NCBI RefSeq assembly: GCF_001194135.2
Contig: NC_068995.1
Location: 35,300,088 to 35,364,087, forward strand
Direction: 5' to 3'
DNA: 64,000 bases
Source of the DNA: Octopus bimaculoides
Lineage: Eukaryota
In this document: one piece after another, positions 38,153-50,007 of the stretch
Layout of the letters: the number at the start of each line of letters is the position of its first letter
How positions within the stretch are numbered: the stretch's first letter is position 1
Translations under genes and position numbers: made by a program
The notes under the pieces: generated by a model
Database searches by the model: none
Told to the model about the DNA's origin: nothing
The model's input: the letters and a program-made list of their open reading frames with translations, nothing else

Positions 38153-38510
38153 TGGCATCTTGGGCAAGTGCCTCCTACTATAGCCTCGGGCCGACCAATG
38201 CCTTGTGAGTGGATTTGGTAGACGGAAACTGAAAGAAGCCCGTCGTATATGTGTATATATATGTGTATGTGTGTGTGTGTGTTTGTATGTCTGTGTTTGT
38301 CCCCCCAACATCGCTTGACAACCGATGCTGGTGTGTTTATGTCCCCGTAACTTAGTGGTTCGGCAAAAGAGACCGATAGAATAAGTACTAGGCTTCCAAA
38401 GAATAAGTCCTGGGGTCGATTTCTTCGACTAAAGGCGGTGCTCCAGCATGGCCGCAGTCAAAAGACTGAAACAAGTAAAAGTGTAAAAGTGTAAAAGTGT
38501 ATATATACAG
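38153..38510 (+). mobile_element. Family-2 (CORE-type) SINE
   Basis: Matches 25536-25880 along its length; head lost in the gap. Confidence 0.85.
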
Positions 38511-38530
38511 ACGCTTCATATATTTACATA

Positions 38531-38760
38531 CAGGGTGCGATGGGTAATTTGTGGCCATTTTATATTTTAAATTTCGCACATGCGCATTGTTTGTTTTTGA
38601 TTTTTTCGACGACACAGTATAGTAGGGTCAGTTGGGCACGTCTGTGAGAAAATAGCATCATGGTGCAATCCACTCTGCTACAAAATTGGAAACGACATGC
38701 TTGGCATTGATCTCGTTATGGCTTAACAACGCTCACCGCTGGTTTTTACTGTTTTGTTCT
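38531..38760 (+). mobile_element. 5' end fragment of a maT-family element
   Basis: TA-CAGGGTGCGATGGGTAATTTGTGGCCATTTTATATTTT...ACACAGTATAGTAGGGTCAGTTGGGCAC matches the reverse complement of 1440-1575. Confidence 0.8.
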
Positions 38761-39897
38761 TAATGTCCTGTTCTTGTTACCAATTTAACCCTCCGCAAAA
38801 AATTCCAAATTTTATTTAATTTGCTTTGCGGAAGGACTGTTTTAACGACGTCGCGCCTTGTCCCTGCCTTCGAAGCGCGGAGTAGATAAAACAGGGGACA
38901 ACTGATAAAGGGAATGTTTTTTGTTGCCTGTCTCGTTTCTCTATTTGTTTCTTTCGTTGTTCGAAAAACAAGTTCATTCCCCTTGCTTTTGTTTTTTATG
39001 TTCTCTGTTCTCACTTTGTTCACGCTTTTTGACATCCTGTACCCATATATGTATGTATATATACATATACATGCCTACATGTATATGTATGTGTGNNNNN
39101 NNNNNNNNNNNNNNNNNNNNNNNNNNNNNNNNNNNNNNNNNNNNNNNNNNNNNNNNNNNNNNNNNNNNNNNNNNNNNNNNNNNNNNNNNNNNNNNNNNNN
39201 NNNNNNNNNNNNNNNNNNNNNNNNNNNNNNNNNNNNNNNNNNNNNNNNNNNNNNNNNNNNNNNNNNNNNNNNNNNNNNNNNNNNNNNNNNNNNNNNNNNN
39301 NNNNNNNNNNNNNNNNNNNNNNNNNNNNNNNNNNNNNNNNNNNNNNNNNNNNNNNNNNNNNNNNNNNNNNNNNNNNNNNNNNNNNNNNNNNNNNNNNNNN
39401 NNNNNNNNNNNNNNNNNNNNNNNNNNNNNNNNNNNNNNNNNNNNNNNNNNNNNNNNNNNNNNNNNNNNNNNNNNNNNNNNNNNNNNNNNNNNNNNNNNNN
39501 NNNNNNNNNNNNNNNNNNNNNNNNNNNNNNNNNNNNNNNNNNNNNNNNNNNNNNNNNNNNNNNNNNNNNNNNNNNNNNNNNNNNNNNNNNNNNNNNNNNN
39601 NNNNNNNNNNNNNNNNNNNNNNNNNNNNNNNNNNNNNNNNNNNNNNNNNNNNNNNNNNNNNNNNNNNNNNNNNNNNNNNNNNNNNNNNNNNNNNNNNNNN
39701 NNNNNNNNNNNNNNNNNNNNNNNNNNNNNNNNNNNNNNNNNNNNNNNNNNNNNNNNNNNNNNNNNNNNNNNNNNNNNNNNNNNNNNNNNNNNNNNNNNNN
39801 NNNNNNNNNNTATATATATATATATATATAAACATATATATATATGCATATGTATATATATGTATATGCATATGTGTATGTGTGTGTGTGTGTGCGT

Positions 39898-39928
<31 letters not shown>

Positions 39929-41404
39929 AGGAGTTTTACGATTTTGGCACGAAAATATGAAACGAAAAAAACTGTCCTCGCAATCGATATCATTTACAAT
40001 TTATCACTTAACTGCTACCGTTTATGTCGGAATTCCTTATAAAGGAAGAATATCGATGGTTTCTTACGAATGCAGTGATTCACTCATACTGCTAAAGAAA
40101 GCCAATAATAATGATAATATTATTTAGGAAATATATATTTTAGATACATTTTAACTTGATGTATTTAAATTTAATGACGATATGAGAATATATTTCCCCG
40201 TTTGTCTTTTTTAAATGTCTGCCTCATTAGTAGCACTATATTTCTTGAAAATTGATGGAACTGATGTAGTGTTGATTCCATTGCTAATTTAGCTGGATGA
40301 GGTGTAAATTTTAACACAAAATTCCAATTACTGTATGACACGTTTATTGGGTTCAAAAATTAACGCAAGAGATGAAATGCTACAAATTAATTTTAATTAT
40401 GGTGACATGTAACCTGTTTACCCTTTTAATCTAGTACTCTTTTCTCATCAACAGTCATTTGTTTTCTAGTAACATTCAATGGTTTGCTTTCTACTAATCT
40501 ATGAAATCAACATCTGTAATCTAAATATATATATAACACAAGAGAGTAAAAGAAAACCCCTCTAAGAACGAGCAGAGTTTCGACGCTCTTTTATATTCTA
40601 CGGTCATTGTGCCAATTGGAAATGAAGTTCGTATTATTTGGTTATAATTGTTAAGAAATCTATGTAAGTTTTCGATACAAAATCAATTCATGTTGCTAAT
40701 AATCATAATATTAAAATTTTAATAGCTTATCAAAAGATTCATACCATTATAATTTAGAGCATAATATCTGAATCAAAAAGAAACCAAAAAGGGTAAACAA
40801 TAGAGGTTACCTATTTTACAGATAAAGAGAAACTATTATACCGTCTATTTATGAAATTGGTAGCCAGTTATGCTTGAATAGATATATACGATTGTTGAAT
40901 CCGCATGTAGAAGATTTTGTTCCCGGAGGGGTATAATTGTAATAGGAAATACATTCATACAATTTTGACTCAACTTTCAAATAGATCCGTTATACTCTTT
41001 CGCAAAAAATACAGTTGAGATATATAAAAATCATACGCACATGTCAAGAGGGAGATGACGAAAAGATAGTTCTTCTGGTGTGAGCTACTTTTAAATTAGA
41101 TAAACATTCCTCATTTTCCTACTCTAGGATTTAAATATACAAAGCAATCAATGACCCATTCTGTTATGAAGCTCATTGATTTCATTGACTTATTCAGAAT
41201 TATCTACAATTTCCCATCGAACTGATCAAAACACCGCCAATAATATTCTTAAATTCTATTTCTCTAAACTTTGCTTGGCCGTCATTCATACTATTCTTGT
41301 AGCGGAACACGTCCATAGTTTTAATGAAATGGATACATCGAAAAATAAATCATCATTTATCACATCATATGTATACATCTATATGGTTATCATAAATAAC
41401 CCTT

Positions 41405-41560
41405 TGTATAATAGGCTGGAAATTTTGGGGCAGGTTATTAGTCAATTACATCGGCCCCAATGTTTTATTGGTACATACGTCATCGACCTTAAAAGATGAT
41501 ACACAAAGTCGACCTCGTCAGAAGTTTAACTCAGATAATAAATCTGGAAGAAGTTAAGAC
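41405..41560 (-). mobile_element. Family-3 SINE, degenerate
   Basis: ATCGACCTTAAAAGATGATACACAAAGTCGACCTCG...TTTAACTCAGA is the reverse complement of the core and B-box. Confidence 0.65.
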
Positions 41561-41821
41561 AAATAACCTTTACGGATATTCACTTGCTTGCTGTTTTATA
41601 TCACATAAGTAAAATTGTTTTATAAATAACTATGTTAGTTTTGGTATCAATAGAGTTTTCGTACTAAGAAACGCGTTGGGCATATTACGTTTTCATGAAT
41701 TTTACATCTAAGAGCTCCATCCCACTTCCAACTTTCAGATCGTAAATTCCCAACAAAGTTATTTCATTGCAACGTATGTTGACAAGTTTCTTTCCAATCC
41801 ATATTCCTTGCAATATGAAAT

Positions 41822-42078
41822 TGTTAGCGATTCAGTTAAGTATTGCTTCAATTTTGATTGGTGCACGAATGACCTATTTGCTGCTACAGATAAAGTATTG
41901 TGTACCCTAACCCTAACTGATCCGACGTGACGAATAGTGTTTGCTAGTCATTATAAATACAGTCAGCCAGAGAGTATCGGTAGAGAGTACGAAGTAGACG
42001 GTCATAAATAGTTGTGATCTTACTATTCTACTATATCAGAATGGGCCTTATAAGAATCCGACATGAAGTATTACAACA
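41822..42078 (+). mobile_element. Gypsy 5' LTR (left boundary uncertain)
   Basis: TGTT...TTACAACA termini, a TATAAATA box at ~41952, and a PBS immediately downstream. Confidence 0.65.
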
Positions 42079-42079
42079 G

Positions 42080-42091
42080 TGGCGATGAGGA
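42080..42091 (+). promoter_or_regulatory. Primer binding site, tRNA-Ser(GCT)-like
   Basis: TGGCGATGAGGA is one CpG transition away from TGGCGACGAGGA, the complement of the metazoan tRNA-Ser(GCT) 3' end; it lies 1 nt after the LTR end. Confidence 0.7.
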
Positions 42092-42167
42092 ATTAACAGA
42101 CTCACAAGGAGTTACAAAACTCACAAAAGTATTTTGTACGAATTTTACGGAAAAGAATCGTAAAATT

Positions 42168-42556
42168 ATGGAAAATTTGTTGGCCAGTTTGCTTGAGTTG
42201 CAAAAGCAGCAACACCAGCAAATGAAAGAACAACAATAGCAGCAGCTACAACTGCAAGGAAAACATCAGAAGCAACAACAATTACTATTACAGCAAGAAA
42301 TGCTACAATAATTGAATAGTAAGTCATCAGAAAATGCTGAAAAAATGTTCTCGCCAGAATATGTTGCGAACTCGATAACAGAGTTTAAGTACGAACCTGA
42401 CGAAGACGTTACCTTCGAGACTTAGTATAAAAGATACGAACAAATCTTTAATAAAGAGTGCAAAGACTGGGATGACGATATGAAAACCCGTTTAATCTTG
42501 AGAAAACTGGCAGCAGGAGAACATGAGCGTTACAGTAATTATGTACTCCCGAAAAT
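42168..42556 (+). pseudogene. Gag N-terminus of a K02A2.6-like (Mag-group) Gypsy element; three stops, truncated
   Basis: MENLLASLLELQKQQ(Gln-rich)...FSPEYVANSITEFKYEPDEDVTFET*YKRYEQIFNKECKDWDDDMKTRLILRKLAAGEHERYSNYVLPK. Confidence 0.85.
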
Positions 42557-42695
42557 ACATCTCAGTGCGTCTAAAAAGCAAACTTTGCTTACATTTATCT
42601 TAATTTGAATTTAACACACAGCGTCTTATAGAGTTAGATTTATAAGTTCGAAAATTGCGCATTAATTTGTCAGTGAGCAATTTAGCTTAATGGTA

Positions 42696-42770
42696 AAGCA
42701 CTCTACCGGTAATCATAGGGATGTGAGTTTCAGTGTCATGGCTGGCTGGCTGCTGATAAATTTTTCTGCA
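42696..42770 (+). other. Degenerate tRNA-like segment inside an unclassified repeat
   Basis: GAGCAATTTAGCTTAATGGTAAAGCACTCTACCGGTAATCATAGGGATGTGAGTTTCAG has an A-box TAGCTTAATGG and a weak B-box; the stems do not close. Confidence 0.35.
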
Positions 42771-44233
42771 AAATTTATCTATTCTATCTTGTTCCTCCTG
42801 TTCTTTCAGCATTATTCTGCGTTTGAGAATACATTATTTCCTCATCTTTAACTTACCATATATATATATATATGTATCTATGGATAATCATTACATAATA
42901 TCCATTTCAACGTTAACATCTCTCTTTACCTCCAGATAACATACATTTTATTCTTGACTAGTTGCTCACCTGCTAATCTGCAGAAATCCAATATAATGTG
43001 AATTCGATTTCAACTAACACGTCTGGAATTGTTCTTGTCGCATATGGAATATCTTGACGCATATGGAAAAAATATTAAGTATGCTTGCTTTGTTATTCAT
43101 ACTAAAAAGCTAAATTTTGAAAATTAGTCACAGTATTCTTTTCTACTGTTGTACACATTTTGGTTGTCTGCCCCTAGAATATCCATAAAAAATGTGTCCT
43201 AACATTTCGGATACGTCCATGATCCCTCTTGATTGTTGTGTCTCCTTTTAAGCACTATCTATCCCAAACTACAAATATATGAAATGTTCTCACTAGTTTT
43301 GTTTTCATATAAACGAGTAGCTGTACAGAAGTTTAAAATCGTTTCAGAAGTCTTTCCCGACGATTAAGGATGAGAGGAAAATTATAAGCACAAGAAACAA
43401 TGATAAATACAGATTAATATGATTTGTTCCTACAATTTAACAATCTATATCATCGTTATGAATATCAATACCACCACACACAGCATCAGCGCTACTGTAC
43501 CAATTCATATACAACCAAATCTGTTGCTTCTTTACCGGAATTTTTTCTACATGTCCAGTGTTGCATATTTCAACACAAATTCTTCTAGATGATTTACTAT
43601 TCATTGAACATTTGCAACATTTGCAAATTTCGAGAAATTCATTTTATAGAGAAACCATAAAACTACAAAAGATAGTGCTGCACGCAATTTTAATCGTCTT
43701 GATTATTTCTTAACATGTTATTAATAAGAAAATAGCCGAGGGTTAACCGACTTTTAAAATTCTGATTAAAATAATTCCTCACGAATAGGCTTGCAAGCAT
43801 GAAATCTGACATGAATATAATCATTTGTTAGTCTGGTGATCTGGAAAGGAAAAGTTATATCATCGTTTATAACAGGAATAGAAGTTTGCATTTAAAAAGT
43901 TTCTCCTCTTATAGGTATACTACTTTAAGAATATTCTTATTCGTAATAAAAGTGATATGGATTTCGTTATACACTCTTAGCTCGTCCTTAAGAAGTACTA
44001 TGATACTTTGTTATATCAAATATACTAAACTGATTTATGATGTACTTATGTAAGTTGAATTGCAGGCTAACCTACACAAAGTGTAAGTCATATCATAGAA
44101 TTTTATCAGTTATCCGCAGAAATTACAAAGATAGTTGTATATCGGGATGGTCATAACGTCAATCATAAACAACCAAATCTAATTCAACACATGAGTAGAC
44201 ATGAAAAATCGTGTAATATACAAAAACGAAATG

Positions 44234-44269
<36 letters not shown>

Positions 44270-44879
44270 GGATAATAGCGTTTCTACCATTGCCCATCGA
44301 ATAACTATCGCTTTTTGATTTTGTTTTAATAGCACCATTAGCAGGTCTGTGCTGCATATACATTCAGAATGGAGTTTTAGCTCGGTTGGGGCTAAGCACA
44401 GCTATGGACTTGAACGAAATAAGTACAACCTGAATGCATATACGAAACCCATGTCTATCCCACAAAATGAAGAAGGATTAAGTTTTAAACACAACCTGGG
44501 AAGTAATGTTACATATATATTCAGAAATACTTCTAATTGGATTTGTATGATGATCTATGAAATATATTTCCACTTCACTACCATTAAAATTTCGATACTT
44601 GTAAATAACGATAGAGTATACATAAATCGGCTGAAACCTGTTTTCAGGTACATTGTTTCAAAGTAAGTTGATTGATAATTAAGTAAACTTAGATATTGGT
44701 GTAATACCACGTAGATTATCATTTAATTGAGATAGAGCAAAAAGCAAGGGATACAGCAATGAATATGACCTGTTGTTTGACAATTAAATAATTTATTCTC
44801 AAACTGAGAACATTGTTAAGTACATGTTCAGTATTGGCTTGAGATTTAAAAGGCAGGAGCAGTGAAACAGCGGCGAAAG

Positions 44880-44960
44880 CAGTGAGAACAGCAGCAACAA
44901 CAGCATCAGCAGCAGGAGCAGCGACTGTAGTAGTAATAGTAGCAGCAGCAGCGGCAACAA

Positions 44961-45011
<51 letters not shown>

Positions 45012-45045
45012 GAGGAGGAGGAGGAGGAGGAGGAGGAGGAGGGGG
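44880..45045. repeat. Compound trinucleotide tract (GCA)n-(GTA)n-(GGA)n
   Basis: Direct runs. Confidence 0.95.
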
Positions 45046-46881
45046 AGTTGTTATAAACTTTTAGCCTGTTCCTACCAATCTCACTTTCTCTCTCCAGCTC
45101 CTTCTGATCATATACAGTATTAACCAAAGTAATCTCTACCACCAGAATAGCAACATGTGAAGCTCTATAAAGTACAGACCCTAATCAAACTGCTTATAAG
45201 GATTTCCGAGCAATAACATCGCAGAATAAAAAAATAACCTAGTAAAAGTTCACTTTCAAAAGAACAGAAAAATTGTTGCAGAAGTTGGTACAGATGTAAA
45301 AGAAAAAATGTTATGTGTCAAGAAATGCTGCTAAGGCGAAAGTAGCAATATTTTAGTGCGATTCCTCAAAATTGCAAGGATCATACATATTAGATATAAT
45401 GTTTGTAAGATATAAATTAACTTCATAAATTCGGACCAAAATGTAAATGGAATAAATGCAATTATATATCAAACCTTTCGAAACATTATATAGTGTTGTG
45501 TTCTATGATTAAAAAGAGACGGTTACCTGAATCTTACAAGACATATTCTTTTCAAACTGATCAATGTCACCAATAAAGGTTATCGATAGAAACTACACGT
45601 TTGTTTATTTGTATTCAATGAATGCTTACAAGAAAGTAGGTTTATTGTATTTATAATATGTTTATCCAACAATACTAGAATTTCTTTTATGCTTTAGATA
45701 CTTTCACTTCTCGGCAAACAGAAGCAAGGCATAGATTTTCATTTTCAATTTTATTAACTATATTGTGAGACAAAACATGAAAACTGCAATCTTTTTTTTT
45801 TAACCAGTGTTTCTCCAAAGTTCATTATCAATAATAAATTTGCAACGTATTAATATCACATACAACATAACGTATCGGTATATTGCTTACACAATGCTAC
45901 TCGAAGTCGACATACTCTGTCTATGCGCTCGCACAGATCATTCAAATTTATATTTTTATCGTGTTTTATGTTGTCAAACTTATTATTTATTCACTTGCTG
46001 TTTTGTTCCTGCTCTATAACCACACAGAATGCTGTTCGCCACCATCATTTGATCAATGATGGCAGTTTACGTACGTCATTGGTTCACGGCAACAAAATGG
46101 AAATCAATATTTTTTTCATAGCTAAACGGCGATGAAGTAGATTTGGGAGACCACCGACCAATTTTGTTTTATCTATCTGCATTCTGAGTCCAAACCACCT
46201 ACATCTTCGATCAATTAATTCTCACATAAGCAGGCGGTCAAACTAGGGAAATATGTATAGTACATTGGATCAATGATTGTATATGCATGTTAATTATTGT
46301 ATCGAATCTAGATGGAGGAAATGCTAATTCAATCAGTTGCGGTACAATTATAAAGTTTGTAAAGTATTTCATTTTCTTATAAACTGTACACTTTGTATTT
46401 TGTAGCTTTCCTTTGAAGTCCACAAGTATTACACAGAGTAAATGCGACTATAAAGTTTAACACAAACTAAAAATATATTACAGTCGTATTTGATTATCTT
46501 GCCAAGGTATTCACATTTAGATTTCTTAACAAAAGTAATATCAAAAGTGTCTCATATCGGGGAAGACTTTATAACGTAAAAAGAAATTAATATGAGGTAA
46601 GCTTCATTCCCTAATAGTTTAGCAATACAACAGACGTGTCTTATTCATTTATCACAGATACCCTGTGCAGTACATGCAAAATATTTAGCTAACACAAGTA
46701 GGTGTCACAATTTTTCCCTTTTGTACTTGGCGACTCCCTGTCGAGACACAGGACATACGAAATTCCGATTACTTTAATGACAACCTTTTTACTGTAAGTT
46801 CTAAATTATAACATTTATAAATAATCCTCTATTTATCTAATATCAAGGGTGCATTCTTTTGTTGTTACTTTTTATCATATA

Positions 46882-46934
<53 letters not shown>

Positions 46935-46946
46935 ATATAATATATA

Positions 46947-46980
<34 letters not shown>

Positions 46981-46996
46981 AATATATATGTATATA

Positions 46997-47028
<32 letters not shown>

Positions 47029-47289
47029 ATATAATATATATGTATATATATATGTATANNNNNNNNNNNNNNNNNNNNNNNNNNNNNNNNNNNNNNNNNN
47101 NNNNNNNNNNNNNNNNNNNNNNNNNNNNNNNNNNNNNNNNNNNNNNNNNNNNNNNNNNNNNNNNNNNNNNNNNNNNNNNNNNNNNNNNNNNNNNNNNNNN
47201 NNNNNNNNNNNNNNNNNNNNNNNNNNNNNNNNNNNNNNNNNNNNNNNNNNNNNNNNNNNNNNNNNNNNNNNNNNNNNTATAAATATATA

Positions 47290-48251
47290 TATAATTTTAA
47301 AAAATAACGTCGACCACTAACGTGGACAATTAATGCGCTGGAAATAGATCACATCTTGTGTCTATTAAGACCTAAATTGTTCTCAACATGAAATATACCA
47401 GCATACCAAAAACGTGAGCGGGCAAGACATTTAAAATCACCTAAAAAAGCATTATTAAACAGCTAGAAGAAAACCTCTCCTTCAACCAATTAATATCATG
47501 GAAAGAAAGAAATGGACTAAAGGGATGTCAGAAAAATCCAGTTCATTTTGGGATAGAGTGATTTTTTCAGATGAATTCAGATTTGCATTATCTTCAGGTA
47601 GTGGACGTGTTTGGGTCTGGCGGATTCCCAATCAAGAATTTGATTTGAAACGACTCCAACCAACTGTGAAACATGGCGGTATCTCTGTAATGGTATGAGG
47701 AGCTGTCACCAGCAATGGTCGCTCTGAGCAGATCGAATGTGTTGGAACCATAAACTCTGAAAAATACATCGAAATACTTAAGCAGGGACTGCTTCCCATG
47801 TATTCACACGATAACATAACGAAAAATGAGTTTTTATTCATGGAAGATGGGGCTCCATGCCATAGAGTGAAAATGAATAAAAAATGGCTGACTGAAAATG
47901 GGATCCAAAAGCTTCCTTAGCCGAGCCAATCTCCTGACATGAACCCAATTGAAAATCTTTGGAGCATAATAGATAGCGCTATACGAAAAACTCGACAGAA
48001 ACCTAAATCTAAAGATGAATTGTTTCGATTGTCGCATGAAAAGTGGGCAGAAATTCCACAAGAGACAATCACAAAGCTCATCTGTTCAATGTCAAAAAGA
48101 GTTTCTGAATTAAAAACTGCAAAGAGAATGTCAACTAAATACTAAAGTATGTAGTCCTACCTATCGATTACATTTCCATTGTTCACTTTCCGTATTAGAT
48201 AAAAGATTTCGAAAATTAAAGGTGTCTAGTTACTTCCTGCATGTCTGTGTA
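47290..48251 (+). mobile_element. Tc1 transposon (DD34E), decayed; 5' part lost in the gap
   Basis: [12 protein letters not shown]...[14 protein letters not shown]...FMEDGAPCH...SQSPDMNPIENLW (34 positions between D and E)...MSTKY*. Confidence 0.92.
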
Positions 48252-48554
48252 TATATCTGTATAATTCAACATTTTTCTCTTAATGCGAACAATATTTTAA
48301 TACAAGCATAATAGCTAGTTAGAACATCTCTGTAAGGGAAGAAAACAATAACTATATAAAGAAGTAACTTATACATGGCTATTCCGTAGGAATCGACATT
48401 ATTACTATTTTTAACCCCAGGAGGACGCCCCCTCTAGCTGGATATTCAATACAATCTACACCCAATAGATATTGCAAGCAGGGTAGTCCTGTTTTCAGTG
48501 GCTGAAGCAGTGTAATGTACAACGATATTTGCACTGTAATTTGGGTGAATGATT

Positions 48555-48897
48555 AACTATCGTAACCATTCAACATCATGTGTTTGGTCTGTCGAGGGTA
48601 TCCCCTCTCGTCTCTTCTGTGTGTACTGATTTTAGAGCCATTACTACGGAAATTGGAGGCTTTGAGGGATATACCGTATGAACTAGGGCGTGAGAGAACT
48701 TTTTTCGCATACGGAGACGACTTCACATTCAGAGTGTCGAACAGCAGGCACGTAGGCCTGGTCGCCACCGCTCTAAAAGAATACGAGGCAGTGACAGGAG
48801 CAAAAATTAACCAAGATACCTAGAAAGGGAGGTCCATGCCATCCATGAACGTCGTGGGACGCTGGACGGAGGGACCGGTTAAATTGTGCAGGATCTG
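48555..48897 (+). mobile_element. L1/Tx1-clade LINE reverse-transcriptase fragment
   Basis: ORF 48578-48823: RGYPLSSLLCVLILEPLLRKL (QGCPLSP motif)...FAYGDDFT (YADD)...LKEYEAVTGAKIN, then RWTEGPVKL. Confidence 0.85.
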
Positions 48898-49628
48898 TGA
48901 GTGAAGTTGAAATTGAATGCCCAGTAGAGCTTCTTCAGATAATATGCATCTTAGAAACAGTACAGATCATCAAGAGTGTATTGAACATGTGATAGGTTAG
49001 TGATTTTAAGTGGACATGTCAGGTAAACGTAGTAAACTGGTATTCACAAATAAATTCTACCAGAAATAAGTCCTAACCCGACTAATGTCGAATAATAATA
49101 AACATAAAAAGCAGGCAGTGGCTCTCCTAAACTCTGATCTTAACTGATTGGAAGAGTTGATATGTACATGGTTTGTTTTTGTGTAAAAGGTGGGCAAATA
49201 TTTGCTTTTCAGTTGCTTGACCGTCACCACTTGAGCTGGTGCCTAAATGGCTGGCGACGTGTGCAACTCTGATTACGAGTAAGAGCGGTGGGTGGAGCAT
49301 CATAGCCATGTGTTGAGAGAGATTCTTTGTGGTTTGAATAATTTTACCGGTGGGTGGAAACATGGGTATTTCGTTCGTCACCCTTAAGAACCACTATTAG
49401 GGTGTCTTTTGAGCGAGACGGGCTACTCGACTTGAAGAGAATTCTAACTGGGCCCTACCTGCAAGGCCATGCCTTGTTTATCTTCATATGAAATCACCAC
49501 GCTGCACACAGATTGTTTGTCATGCATGTGCTTGTTGTATCCATATCATACGGGTAGTTATAAGGAGTGCATTAGTTGTGCCCCTGTGTCACTTTGATAG
49601 CATTTGCTACTCTCTCTCATTGTATAAA

Positions 49629-49629
<1 letters not shown>

Positions 49630-49705
<76 letters not shown>

Positions 49706-49742
49706 TAACAATAATAATGATAATAATAATAATAATAATAAT
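49630..49742. repeat. (AAT)n, continuous with the (ATT)n tail of the adjacent minus-strand SINE
   Basis: Direct run abutting CCTTTCTACTAAAGGCACAAC. Confidence 0.9.
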
Positions 49743-50007
49743 CCTTTCTACTAAAGGCACAACGCCTGAAATTCTGGGGGAGGACCTAGTCAATTAGATC
49801 AGCCCCAGTACGTAACTGTTACTTATATCATCCACCCCAAAAGCATGCAGAGCAAAGTCCACCTCGGAGGAATTTGGGGAAGAGGGCCAGTCGATTAAAT
49901 CGACCTCAAACGCAAGTGGCACTTAATTTATCGACCCCGAAAGGGTGAAAGGCAAAGTCGACCTCGGCGGAATTTTTACTCAGAACATATCCACGGGCGA
50001 AATACCG
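49743..50007 (-). mobile_element. 3' part of an interrupted family-3 SINE plus a second truncated copy
   Basis: Minus strand CGGTATTTCGCCCGTGGATATGTTCTGAGTAAAAATTCCGCCGAGGTCGACTTTGCC continues the head at 51644-51697. Confidence 0.85.

Noticed and set aside
41905-41917. CCCTAACCCTAA telomere-like repeat
   Set aside because: Only two units, inside an LTR; not an interstitial telomere array.
42696-42770. Possible tRNA-Thr gene
   Set aside because: The acceptor and T stems do not pair and the B-box is degenerate; kept only as a tRNA-derived remnant.
49230-49480. Segment recalled as a common octopus LINE 3' UTR or interspersed repeat
   Set aside because: No second copy or coding motif in this window supports it; recall alone is not enough.
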